DNA of 64,000 nt from Dendrobates tinctorius. Lineage: Eukaryota. Every line of letters starts with the position of its first letter. Position 1 is the first letter of the stretch. The translations under genes and the position numbers were made by a program. This document shows, piece after piece, positions 38,347 through 51,425 of this stretch. The stretch is taken from positions 248,001-312,000 of the forward strand of contig NW_027361688.1 in assembly GCF_039654945.1 (NCBI RefSeq), in the 5' to 3' direction. Below the pieces are notes generated by a model, which saw only the letters and a list, made by a program, of their open reading frames with translations, ran no database searches and had not been told where the DNA came from.

Positions 38347-40047
38347 AGATTTGAGGCTTCCTCTTTATCTAGCCAGCCTTATTTTCCCATGTCACACTTA
38401 TAATCCTGTGTGACCTATTGTCGGATGTGACTGGTGACACTACATGGTAAGGTCCCCGGCATTCTGCCTTGTGTTCAGCTTTTTAACTATTTTTAACCTT
38501 CGTTGTTAATAAAATTGCTCTTTTTTCATTCATTAGGTGACACTGTCTTGTACATGGTGCCCTTTTTCTCCATTTGTTGTTCCTCTATAGATCCTGATAA
38601 CAGTTGGTCTGTTTTGGTCACCCTCCCCTCTCACCTCCTGCAGAGAAGGATAAAGCTGCTGCCACTAATCACTCCCCCTGACAGGACATCCCAGCCCCCT
38701 CTCAGGATTCCCTCAGGTGTCATTTACTCTCCAAACTGGTGTGAAAATCTTCAGTCTTCAGAATTGAGGTCCTGTGTCCTGTCAGGGGGCAGAGGGGGCA
38801 CGGCCGGCCTTGTCCTCCTCTGCAGGGTGTGAGGGGTCACCAGGACGTGGTGCTCATCAGGATTTATAGCTGACAAATAGGTTCTCCTTCCTGAGATGTG
38901 AAGTAATCACGCACACATTATATATATATATACAGTATATAGTGTATACATATCACAGGCACAGTATATGTAGGAAGCAAAAATTCCACAGTATTACAAA
39001 AATAAAGGTAATTGAGGCCGGACTCCAGCATGAGAGGCTGATGAGAGACAATAGAGAAGATGGAGAAATTATGTTCTCCATCTTCTCAATGTGCCTCGAA
39101 TCTCTCATCCAAGAGAATCAGATCACAGTAAGCTGAAACTCGGATGAGAGCCGGGTGTCGGTAGCATAATGGAGCCGAGTATCTCACATACCAACAATTC
39201 TGAGAGTCTGAGATCCCTGTGATTAAGGGCGGTGAGAGATCTCCAGGTGACCCAATAAAACTGTTTTATGAGTGGACGTACCAAGCATTCATGCCTACCT
39301 CACCTCACCCCCCACTCATTGTATAGAGACAGCTCTCACTAACGCCAGGTCACATATGTGCCACTGATGCAACAACCCTCAATAATGGTGACAAAGTATC
39401 TCAGACTGGAAAGGAAAGGTGCCATGTATGAGGGTGGGGAACAGAAAATGATGAATTGTGGGTGAGGGACAGGGGACAGCAAATGATGTACTGAGGGTGG
39501 GTGGTGTGAGCACAAATAATCATGAATTTAGGGTGAGACCGAGGGACAGCAAATGATGAATTGAAGGTGAGGAGAGCAAATAATTGATTTGGCGAGGGAG
39601 AGACCATACACTAATGAATTGGGGATGGGGGAGAGTAAATGATGTATTGAGGGGGGGTTCTGTTACTGTGCAGGGCGGTACTATGTCGCTTTTTTCTTTG
39701 CCTGACGTAGTGTAGAAGTTGGAGAAAAAGTGGGGAATGTGCTCTGGAAGAGGTAGATAGATAACTGTGTCTTACTTTCTGCAGAGACAAGTCCTGGACA
39801 GAGTTCCAAGGGGGCCTGAAACTTTTGCCAGTATGGAGTCCTGAAACTTCTGGTGGCAGCCCTGGACATAGACACAGCCTGTGTAAAATCCTATGCGGAT
39901 AATGCAAGAACTGCCAAACATTAGAAGGAAGAGGGACTCCGACACTCCCTGTATAAGACAGAAAGGAGTGATCACACACACTCTGTTCAACTTGTTAGGT
40001 AGTGGGACTCCTAGTGTACAGCAGGAATCCGGAGCCATACATCCAGC

Positions 40048-43000
40048 CAATGGCGGATCTTAATAGGGGCGGATGGGGCGGTCGCCCCGGGCCCAAGGTT
40101 TTTTGGGGGCCCAGGGGCAGGGGCGGGCTGGGCCGGGTGGCAGAGAGGCAAATGCCACCCGGGCCGCTCCCCCAGCACCTGTACAGGGCCGGCCGTGCCC
40201 TGTGCTGTGACGCCGCCGGCAGCAGACAGCCGCCCGCGTCACATTCTATGAGGGGCCGGGAGCTGTGCACGGCCGTCACCTTGACGGCTGCTCAGCTCCG
40301 GCTCCCTCCGGCTGTACTTCCGGGTCAGATGTCGGGCGTGCGCGATGACGTCATCGTGCACGCGCCGAAATGTCCCGGAGGATGCTGAAAGCAGAGGCGC
40401 TGCTGGGGAGCGAGCCGGCTGTGAGGTAAGTATGGGGAACTGTTTTTCTTTTTTTTTATTTATAAAATGAATTAAATGGGGGAGGGGGTGAGTGGGGGCT
40501 GTACACAATGAAGGGGGGGTGACTGGGGCTGTACATGATGAAGGGGGGGTGACTGGGGGCTGTATATGATGAAGGGGGGTGACTGGGGCTGTACATGATG
40601 AAGGGGGGGTGACTGGGGCCTGTATATGATGAAGGGGGGTGACTGGGGCTGTACATGATGAAGGGGGGGTGACTGGGGCCTGTATATGATGAAGGGGGTG
40701 ACTGGGGACTGTACACAATGAAGGGGGGTGACTGGGGACTGTACACAATGAAGGGGGGTGTCTGGGGCTGTACATGATGAAGGGGGGGTGACTGGGGCCT
40801 GTATATGATGAAGGGGGGTGACTGGGGCCTGTATATGATGAAGGGGGGTGACTGGGGCTGTACATGATGAAGGGGGGGTGACTGGGGCCTGTATATGATG
40901 AAGGGGGGGTGACTGGGGCCTGTATATGATGAAGGGGGGTGACTGGGGACTGTATATGATGAAGGGGGGGTGACTGGGGCTGTACATGATGAAGGGGGGG
41001 GTGACTGGGGCCTGTATATGATGAAGGGGGGGTTACTGGGGACTGTACACAATGAAGGGGGGTGACTGGGGCCTGTATATGATGAAGGGGGGTGACTGGG
41101 GCTGTACATGATGAAGGGGGGGTGACTGGGGCCTGTATATGATGACGGGGGGTGACTGGGGGCTGTATATGATGAAGGGGGGTGACTGGGGACTGTACAC
41201 AATGAAGGGGGGTGACTGGGGACTGTACACAATGAAGGGGGGTGACTGGGAACTGTACACAATGAAGGGGGTGACTGGGGCTGTACATGATGAAGGGGGG
41301 GGTGACTGGGGCCTGTATATGATGAAGGGGGGTGACTGGGGACTGTATATGATGAAGGGGGGGTGACTGGGGCTGTACATGATGAAGGGGGGGTGACTGG
41401 GGCCTGTATATGATGAAGGGGGGGTTACTGGGGACTGTACACAATGAAGGGGGGTGACTGGGGCCTGTATATGATGAAGGGGGGTGACTGGGGCTGTACA
41501 TGATGAAGGGGGGGTGACTGGGGCCTGTATATGATGACGGGGGGTGACTGGGGGCTGTATATGATGAAGGGGGGTGACTGGGGACTGTACACAATGAAGG
41601 GGGGTGACTGGGGCCTGTATATGATGAAGGGGGGTGACTGGGGCTGTACATGATGAAGGGGGGGGTGACTGGGGCCTGTATATGATGACGGGGGGTGACT
41701 GGGGGCTGTATATGATGAAGGGGGGTGACTGGGGACTGTACACAATGAAGGGGGGTGACTGGGGACTGTACACAATGAAGGGGGGTGACTGGGAACTGTA
41801 CACAATGAAGGGGGTGACTGGGGCTGTACATGATGAAGGGGGGGGTGACTGGGGCCTGTATATGATGAAGGGGGGTGACTGGGGACTGTATATGATGAAG
41901 GGGGGTGACTGGGGACTGTACACAATGAAGGGGGGTGACTGGGGCCTGTATATGATGAAGGGGGGGTGACTGGAGACTGTACACAATGAAGGGGGGTGAC
42001 TGGGGCCTGTATATGATGAAGGGGGGTGACTGGGGCTGTACATGATGAAGGGGGGGTGACTGGGGCCTGTATATGATGAAGGGGGGGTGACTGGGGACTG
42101 TACACAATGAAGGGGGGTGACTGGGGCCTGTATATGATGAAGGGGGGTGACTGGGGCCTGTATATGATGAAGGGGGGGGTGACTGGGGCCTGTATATGAT
42201 GAAGGGGGGTGACTGGGGCCTGTATATGATGAAGGGGGGTGACTGGGGCCTGTATATGATGAAGGGGGGTGACTGGGGCTGTACATGATGAAGGGGGGGT
42301 GACTGGGGCCTGTATATGATGAAGGGGGGGTGACTGGGGACTGTACACAATGAAGGGGGGTGACTGGGGCCTGTATATGATGAAGGGGGGTGACTGGGGC
42401 TGTACATGATGAAGGGGGGGTGACTGGGGCCTGTATATGATGAAGGGGGGGTGACTGGGGGCTGTATATGATGAAGGGGGGTGAGTGGGGTCTTCACATG
42501 ATGAAGGGGGGTGAGTGGGGCTACACAGGATGAAGGGGGTGAGTGGGGCTACACAGGATGAAGGGGGTGAGTCGGGGCTACACAGGATGAAGGGGGTGAG
42601 TCGGGGCTACACATGATGAAGGGGGTTGAGTGGGGCTAGACATGATGAAGGGGGTGAGTGGGGGCTTCACATGATGAAGGGGGTGAGTGGGGGCTTCACA
42701 TGATGAAGGGGGGTGACTGGGGTTGTACAGGATGAAGGGGGGATGAGTGGGGGCTTCACATGATGAAGGGGGGTGAGTGGGGCTGCACATGATGAAGGGG
42801 GGGTGAGGGGCTGCATAAGATGAAGGGGGGTGAGTGGGGCTGAACATGATGAATTGGGGGTAAGAGGGACTGCACATGATGAAATGGAAGGGGGGATAAG
42901 GGGCTGCAAATGATGAAGCGGCACTGCAGATGAAGTGAGTGGGTGATAGGGGACTGCAATGGATGAAGTAAGGGGACTTCAAATTAAAGTGGGGACATTA

Positions 43001-43271
43001 AAGTGGATCCCCTATGGCCAGGATCACGTTGGGCGATTTTGTGCGTATTGGCTGTAGGCCTACAGCTTATGTGCAACGTCTTTTTAGGCCATGTCCACAC
43101 GTGGTGGAATGGTGGCGGGTTTTCCGTATGGACCCGCAGCAAACCAAGTACTGCGGTCCGTACGGCTGTCAATTCCCACACGGGTACCTCAGCGCTCAGG
43201 TGGGAAGGGGGGTACAGGGGCCCAGGTTTTATGAACAGCCCCGGGCCCATAGTTTACTTAATCCACCACTG
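40048..43271. mobile_element. Non-autonomous hAT DNA transposon with an internal minisatellite
   Basis: TIRs CAATGGCGGAT / ATCCACCACTG; 8-bp TSD CATCCAGC/TATCCAGC. Confidence 0.85.
40480..42900. repeat. ~30-bp G-rich minisatellite
   Basis: GGGGGGTGACTGGGGCCTGTATATGATGAA units. Confidence 0.95.
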
Positions 43272-45710
43272 TATCCAGCAGTCTCCCATTCCTTTCCAAC
43301 CGCTCAGGGACCTGCACAGCAATCTCAGCGATCCAGGCGTTCTGCTCAGACCAGCTCTCTGGGTCTGGATGTTGCTGCCACCTCTGGTCCAGCAAGGGTA
43401 GCGCAACCTGCTTTGCAGGAAACCACTCCAGAGGCTAAGTCCTCTCGCCGCGCTACTGGGCATGCCCACGAGACGATCTCCCAGTGGAGATCGGGAGTCA
43501 CGTGCTCAGGTCCTTCTCCTGATCTGATTGGCCCATCTCAGAGATCTGGAAGGTCCCGGAAGCGCATAGCTATAAAAGGCCTGCATGGCCGCTCGTCCAT
43601 GCACTAGTATAGATTATACTTGCTATGTGTGAATGGTGACGGATGTATGATTCTGGTGACTGACTCATTATGAAACCCCTTCCCTCTGATATTACGCATG
43701 TGGATAGGGAATTAGAGTTATAGTCAGCGCCAGTCAGTGGCAAGCCATACGCCACAGTGCATACCGCACCGCTACACTAGCGTCCGATAGTGTGATGCCT
43801 CACGGCACCATCATATAGCGGCAGTAGTTACTGCCACGCTGCAGTTAGCAGCACTTACCGGCGTCTGCGGTAATGACGCCGCACGCACGGTAGGTGAGTC
43901 TAACAGAGTCCGCTCTGCGCTCCTCAGGTGACGTTTAACCCGAGTGCAGTATACTGCCATATAGCGAGTCTGCCTTTACTCAGCAGCGGTTGTTACACCT
44001 ACTGCACGGTGGACCCCAGGCGGCGAACGCACTTCCTATTATTTATATTTAGTGCGTTCCGCCGTCCCTAACACCTAGACTGATAAAGCCTATGCACTAA
44101 GTGCAAGGGATGGCAAAACTTAGAAGGAGGGACGGCAATACACCCTGGAAGACACTTCGAGTAGGGCCTCAGAATTAATTATTTGACAATTGTTAAAAGA
44201 CTGTGAATTGTAAATAGATTGTATCACACGGATACACCTTACGACACATGTCTACTAATTCACATGCTGGCTTACCTGTCCCACCGCCGGAAATCCACGT
44301 CCACTGCAGTTCTCGCGGTATGCTAAGTTCTCGCGATAACTTAGCTTACCGCGAGAACTGCCGTGCACGTGATCGGGGGTTATCTCCTGTCACACTAGGC
44401 TGGTTCTCACAGTCAGCTGATTGTGAGAACGCTGCATTGTAGCGGTCATCTACAGGCTCTGCTATGTCTGGATGTCAGGCATCCAGATGTAGAAGAGCTG
44501 GACTTGTCGTGGGACACTCATTATTAAATGGACTACGTCGGACTCAGGGAGTATACTGTTGGTTTTTTATTTTTCATTTTTTCTAGGAGACGAGGGCTTC
44601 GCTTGGATTACCAGTACAATAAAAATATGGTCAAAACTGTGTGGTGTTTTATTTAATTAAAATACTTTATTCTGCATGTGTTGTGTTTTATTAACCCTTT
44701 CACTACTTTAGGATTAGTAACGGTAGGTGTCTCATTGACGCCTCTCCATTACTAAGCCAGCTTAATGTCACCTTACAGAGGTGACATTAACCCCTTATTA
44801 CCCCATATCCCACCGCTACTTGGGAGTGGGAAAAGAGAGGCTAAGCACCGCAATTGGCGCATCTTAAAGATGCGCCATTTCTGGGGCAGCTGGGGCTGGT
44901 ATTTGCAGCCAGGAGGGGTCAATATCCATAGTCCCTCTCTAGGCTATGAATATCAGCCCGCAGCTGTCTGCATAGCCTTTCTGGCTATAAAATATAGGGG
45001 CACCCCACGTCATTTTTTGGGGGGGGTCCCCCTATTTTAATAGCCAGTAAAGGCTAGGCATACAGCTGCGGGCTGATATTCATAGCCTGGGAGGGGCCAT
45101 GGATATTAACCCCTTCCCAGGCTACAAATATTGGCTCCCGGCCCGTCGGCTTTCCCCCTCTGGCACAGAAAATTGCGCGGGAGCCCACGCCATTTTTTTT
45201 CCTTTATGTTAATTAATCAACATCAGCCTATCTATGGATATATCTATGTATAGATATATCTATAGATACATAGATGTTTCTATCCATATATCTATCTGGC
45301 TAATTTTACACATCAGGTTTTTGCCGTCAGGCACAATCCGGCGAGTTTTGAAAAAAAACGATCCCTTTTTTTTCTGCTGGATCAGTTTGTTCTCATAGAG
45401 TTGTATTAGCGATGGATTGAGACTGATGGCCACACGTTTCATCAGTTTTTTGCAGGATCCGTCAAAAAAGCTGTTTCCGCTGGACGGAAAACACATACAG
45501 AGGAACGTTTTTTCTGTCCGGCGAAAAAACGCACAGCGACGGATCTGGCGAAAAACGTATAAAACTGAGATGTGAAATGATGAATGCGGCCTCCGAATCC
45601 GTTTTTTCATGCATGTTTCCATTCAAATCATGCACATTTTCTGTTTATTTATTTATTTCCAAAAACTGCATCAAAACTGCACCAAAAACTGCATAAAAAA
45701 TGCATCATAA

Positions 45711-46097
45711 GGCCATGTGCACACGATGCAGATTTGCAGCGGTTCCGCAACAGATTTTACCGCGCAGAAACGTTGCATATCCGCATTGTGATGTACAGTA
45801 GCCTTAAAATCAATGCAAAAAAAAAAAACCCGCTGTGCAGACGCTGCGGATTTTTCCGCGCGATTTTCCCACGGTACAAAATCCGCAGCATGCTACTTGT
45901 TTTGTGCGGTTTTCCATTTCCCCTGTCACCAAATCTACAGGGGGAAAACCGCAGTGGAAAACCGCACAAAAACCGCAGGAAAACCGCATGAAAAATGGAA
46001 GAAATCCGCAGGAAAAATGCAGGTCATTTGACCTGCGGTTTTCTTCCATTCTGTGCGGAAAAATCTGCAGGGCCAAAAAGTACGTCTGCACTCAGCC
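45711..46097. mobile_element. Harbinger-type MITE nested in the palindrome
   Basis: TIRs GGCCATGTGCACACG / CGTCTGCACTCAGCC; TSD TAA/TCA; termini resemble 25682-26581. Confidence 0.7.
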
Positions 46098-46669
46098 TCA
46101 CGGCACCAAAAACTGCATCATAACTGCACCAAAATTGCAACAAAACCGCACCAAAAACTGCATCAAAACTGCACCAAAAACTGCATCCAAACTTTGGTGC
46201 GGTTTTTGGTGCAGTTTTGGTGCAGTTTTGATGCAGTTTTTGTAGCATTTATGATGCCGTTTTTGGTGCAGTTTTGATGCAGTTTTTGTAGCATTTATGA
46301 TGCAGTTTTTGGTGCAGTTTTGATGCAGTTTTTGGTGCGGTTTTTTATGCAGTTTAGGTGCAGTTATGATGCAGTTTTTGGAGCAGTTATGATGCAGTTT
46401 TTGGTGCATTTTTGGTGCAGTTTTTGGTGCGGTTTTTGCACGGTTTTGATGCAGTTTTTGGAAATAAATAAATAAATGGAAAATGTGCATGATTTGAATG
46501 GAAACATGCATGAAAAAATGGATTCGGAGGCCGTATTCATCATTTCACATCTCAGTTTCATACGTTTTTCGCCAGATCCGTCGCTGTGCGTTTTTTCGCC
46601 GGACAGAAAAACCGTTCCTCTGTATGTTTTCCGTCAAACAAAGTGACAAGTGATGGTGAGTATGTACTC

Positions 46670-47248
46670 TATGTTATATGTACTGTATGTCTATGTGTAT
46701 GTAATGTATGAATGTACTGAATGTATGTAGTATGTATGTAGTATGTCTGTATGTTGTATGTATGTAGTATGTTGTATGTTTGTTCTATTTATGTAGTATG
46801 TTGTATGTTGTATGTATGTAGTATATAGTATGTTGTATGTATGTAGTATGTTGCATGTATGTTGCATGTATGTGGTATGTGTTATGTATATAGTATGTAT
46901 GTAGTATTTTGTATGTTGTATGTATGTGGTATGTTGTATGGATGTATGTATGTGGTATGTTGTATGTATGTAGTATGTGTGTAGTATGTTGTATGTAGTA
47001 TGTATGTAGTATGTTGTATGTATGTAGTATGTTGTATGTATGTTGTATGTATGTGGTATGTGTTATGTATATAGTATGTATGCAGTATTTTGTATGTAGT
47101 ATGCATGTGGTATGTTGTATGTATGTTGTATGTATGTTATATGTATGTTGTATGTATGTAGTATATAGTATGTAGTATGTATGTTGTATGTATGTAGTTT
47201 GTATGTAGTATATAGTATGTATGTAGTATGTATGTAGTATGTATGTTT
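46670..47248. repeat. (GTAT)n-type degenerate microsatellite
   Basis: GTATGTAGTATGTT repeats. Confidence 0.95.
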
Positions 47249-48699
47249 GTGTTGTTTTTTTTACATTCAACACATTAGCCAGATGATGGGACTACTACTG
47301 TCCCATCATTGGCTAATGTGTCAATCACTGTCATTGTAGCAGGCATCGCCCGATGGGACTTGTAGTCCCATCGGACGATGCCTACACACAGACACAAAGA
47401 CCTCCGGCAGGTCTGCAAAGACACCCGAAAGGCCCGTGCAGACCCCCGGCAGGCCCGCACAGACCCCCGAGAGGCCCGCACAGACCCCGATGGTCACGTA
47501 CAGACCCCGCCCGCACACAGACACGCAGTCTCTGCCCACGCACCACCCACACTCCATTATAGTGCATCATGACATCATTTGAGCAGCCAATCACAGCCTT
47601 GCCATTAGTTAACATGGCTAACATGCGTAACAGGATGTGGCCACACTTCTTAGGATCCTCATTGGCTGAATAGAATAAAACTGGCTCATTGCATTATGGG
47701 AACTTCCGATTCCGGCATTCGATATTGTAAAAGTATCAGAACTCAGTATCGTAACTGCGATACAGCGAATATTGGCCGATACCCGAACACTAGTGGTTAG
47801 TATGGGCTGAAAACAAAGATCACTGAAGTGCAATGGACAGTGAGCTTATTTGTCTATAAGAAGACATTAGATGTCACGGCGCGGTGTGGTTATTTTTACA
47901 TGAAAACAAAAACAAGTATGTTTCCAAATGAATAGCACTACACTCTTTGGGCAAATGTATAACCTGTGATTTAAGGTAAATCCTTTAACATATTCAACAA
48001 ACAATGTCATAAACATAGAAAGCAGATTGTACCATCTTCCCCTATGAAATAAGTCAAATTAATTAATTTCACAAATGACCAATTCAGACCCAAAGATTAT
48101 TATTCTGCGCCATTTATCATTGTCATGGAAACATACTTGGGTTACTTAGGAAATTATAAAAACATTCTAATGGACAATGACAGACACAACACTTAATTTG
48201 TATTTATGAAATCTCAATTTTGTATTACCGAGCTAACCCGGTGATTTATATCTTTATTACGTGTTCAGAGTGGCACAGGTGTGTGATATTTTAGTGTAAG
48301 TGTATGGAATGTTTATTTCAGTGCTCAGTGCGCCACATTAGGGTTCTAATTTAAATGTAAGTGTGTGTAATGTTATTCCGTCACCTTTACAATGGACAAC
48401 ATTCCCGATCACAAAGACTATAAACAGGACAACAGACCACACATATCTTCAGGCCTAAGCCAACTAGAACGCCAATCATACAACCCTGATGCAAGACGGC
48501 CACACAGATTATCGCCCTGCAATAGCGAGCATGCACGCGGTAACATTCCGTAAACTCAAACCTGTTAGTCCAGCGATGGGTATAGACTCAACCACTGAGA
48601 CATACTAAAGTCTCTCATCTGCCTTTTAAAGATCTTAATGTGACTATGGCTGCTCTTCCTACATCAAAACATTCCTAAGCCGACAACCTAAAAGTTTTA

Positions 48700-48892
48700 T
48701 GCGCATTGAAATGATCTCCTGTATATAGAATGCAGGAAGGTTACACTTTCCACAATGTATCTGTCTTGTTAGATGTTACTTGTTGTAGCTGTTGTTATAT
48801 ATTATGTTGCCTCTTTGCCACAAAGAATTCCTTGTATATATGTAATATGTACTTGGCGATAATAAATTTGATTGATTGATTGATTGATTGAT
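48700..48892 (+). mobile_element. LINE 3'-end fragment, Rex1/Babar-like
   Basis: AATTCCTTGTATAT...TACTTGGCGATAATAAA followed by a (TTGA)n tail. Confidence 0.5.
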
Positions 48893-51425
48893 GACACAAC
48901 TCACTTTAGTTGCATTTCATAGATATTACAAGGATTGGTAACAACAAAAATTTATGTCTAATTATCTTAGTTACTAAAACCATACTACTAACTCAACAAA
49001 CAACCTTGATCCGGTACATAAAACGTAATAATCCACATATGTAGAAATTATTGTCAGTGACATGAATATAATAAGCATTTATCATATGTAAACTTTCTAA
49101 TGTTATTATCAATTAATTTCACCTAATTTGTGCCTATAATACATAGAGGATGAATATCTATGTGAAGCACGACTTCCTTGCACACGAGATGATACTTGGC
49201 GACAACATTTTTTATACATACACTGGAGCAGTTCCGTATTTATAGCAAGACCTCCAACATCGAACCTGTCTGAGATATCAAAACAAAAACATTCAAAAAA
49301 TTTGCATCAAGCAAGTACATTTTTAAGTAAAATGTTGAGACTGATCTCATCATTGACTTTTATTCTTAAACATATTAGATATTTTCTATAGCCAAATATA
49401 AATATAGCTTTCAAACAGGACAAACACAACAACACTGAAGTTCAGACTGGAGGTTACGGTGTACGTTCGCTCACGTATGGCAACTCAACACAAACCCTTC
49501 CCCTGGACAGATGACGCTAACGGACAATCCTCCAGGTAGGGCCACTCTACGGAATACTGCGATGGCTTCCAAGTGAGTGTATCACTTCAGAACTCTGATG
49601 ACATGGACTCTTTCAATGCCTAGCATGGGTTGAGTTTCTTAAACTTTGGTCACACATGGAGGTATTCCGTTTATGACCATGTGATAAGCCCCTCATTGTT
49701 TCTACAAGACTCTATGGAGTCGAGGTTTACAGTTCCTGTTGACTCCTGTAATTACCTTTGCCAGGGAAGGTCACAGACTCCGACAAATCAATGATGCTAA
49801 CCTTTCATTGTGTTGCTCCATTCTATGTAAATTAGCTGACTCTTCCTCATCTCTGTTAGACACCATTACTACTATGGATATTATGTATGCGGCTTGGAAT
49901 CTAGCACCCTCTTATTCCACAATCATGAAGCCCCAAGGGTCTGAATTGAGAGCTCAGGGGTATAGAAGGAGGACTGTCCAGTGACCAAGTCTCTCTTGCT
50001 GCATGGTACCAATTTTGGATCTGCGGATCCGATTGGCAGGCCATAACCCCACATGGATTATAAGACTACATGGACGTCAGCATCGAATGCAAGGATTCGG
50101 CTGAGATATCAAAGACTACATAAGGATGGTATCCAGCTTGGGACAATCCAGTCACCTGACTACAGAATTTGCTGTAGTCAGTCAGCTTCCTAAATCTGGC
50201 ATCATTCCTTTCTCGGTGGGTGCCGAAAGCGGGGTGCTGCTGGCTTGGAGTAAGTAGCCCTGGAAGCTCTGAGGAACGGATATTATAATCCCTGGTGAGC
50301 CAGTGGAAGGGTGATAAACTGTTTGCTGTTACATTTTGTGTTTTGCTGGTTGTGTGATATATGCCATTAATTGTTTGGGGATCCAAGAAAGTCCTAATAT
50401 TGTGATTCCCGCACCCTGTGCTGTCTGAGTAGTGTTCTACCCACTGTTAAGGAGGTCGGGCGTTCAGTTGAGATGAGCCATGGTCCATGCTGTCTTTGTA
50501 AAGGCGGCCGGGCCAGCGGACGAGAGCACCCACTGACCCCCCGTGTCTACACAAGAACCACTATGTAAAGTTAAAAAAAAGGTTAATAATGACGTTACAA
50601 TTACATATAAATAATTTGATGACATAAAACTTTATTAAGTGTAATTTCACACACAAAGTTAGCATCTGTTCAACAACTCTTGAATTAAACAGATTAGTGG
50701 GTTAAGCCCTTGCGGAAACTTCAGGTAAGTTGTGATAGCAAACAGTGAGGTGCCTATAAAATGTTTCACAGGTGGAGTTAGCATATTTTGTGTAATTCTT
50801 CGACTATACATAGAGTTGTGAATTTTTTGGGCAAAATTTGTTAGATTGAGTGCGTTTGATTATGCGCGACATAAGCGATTTAGGTGAATAACTTCTGAAC
50901 TACACATAGAGATGATCTTTTTTTGGCAAATATTATTCAGGACATTGAGCTGGTCATTTTGATTTTACCCACTCTATGTATAATTCACCATACATGAAAA
51001 TCTAATGGCTAACTAATAACTAATAGCTAACTGCAGACTAACTTCATGAAAATCTAATAGCTAATAACTAATAGCTAACTGCAGACTAACTTGAGTCCGG
51101 TATTTTTGCCTGGCAATTTTGGGATTTGCTATCCTTGTCTTTTTTCAACATTTATGGCGATTTATCGCTTTGACATCAAAAGAAAATGGAGGAAGTCACA
51201 TTTCAGCACTGGCTATAGTAATGAAACCAGAAATAAACACCTAATATTTCTTTACAGCACAAAGAAGCTGGTGATGGCAACAGAATCAGCATTGTTACCA
51301 CAAGAGACCCTCGGTGGGGTTTAACCTGTAGCTACAGTAAGGAGGAGTTCAGCTTTCTTTCGGATTCTGGATCACACCCATATTGTATGCATGGGGGAAG
51401 TGTGCTTTCACCTCTGCCTTCAGTG

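Larger units (their letters stand above)
36360..38349 (-). mobile_element. Non-autonomous Helitron with an internal minisatellite
   Basis: Minus-strand 3' end: imperfect hairpin (plus strand CCCGGCGCTGCCTGGG, 36372-36387) then CTAG|T; AGAT right after the N-gap fits an A|TC 5' end (inferred); no TSD. Confidence 0.7.
40015..44073 (+). mobile_element. Solo LTR (~0.83 kb core) interrupted by a hAT element
   Basis: TGTACA...CTAACA termini; perfect 5-bp TSD CCTAG; TATAAAA at ~43571. Confidence 0.8.
44280..47792. mobile_element. Composite non-autonomous DNA-transposon-like region with internal palindromes (left boundary uncertain)
   Basis: Inverted arms at ~45484-45710 and ~46420-46635; further small palindromes; terminal-like GATACCCGAACACTA at ~47779-47793. 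Confidence 0.45.

Noticed and set aside
40239-42497. 752-aa and overlapping Pro/His-rich ORFs
   Set aside because: Artefacts of a stop-free minisatellite strand, open in several frames with no domain
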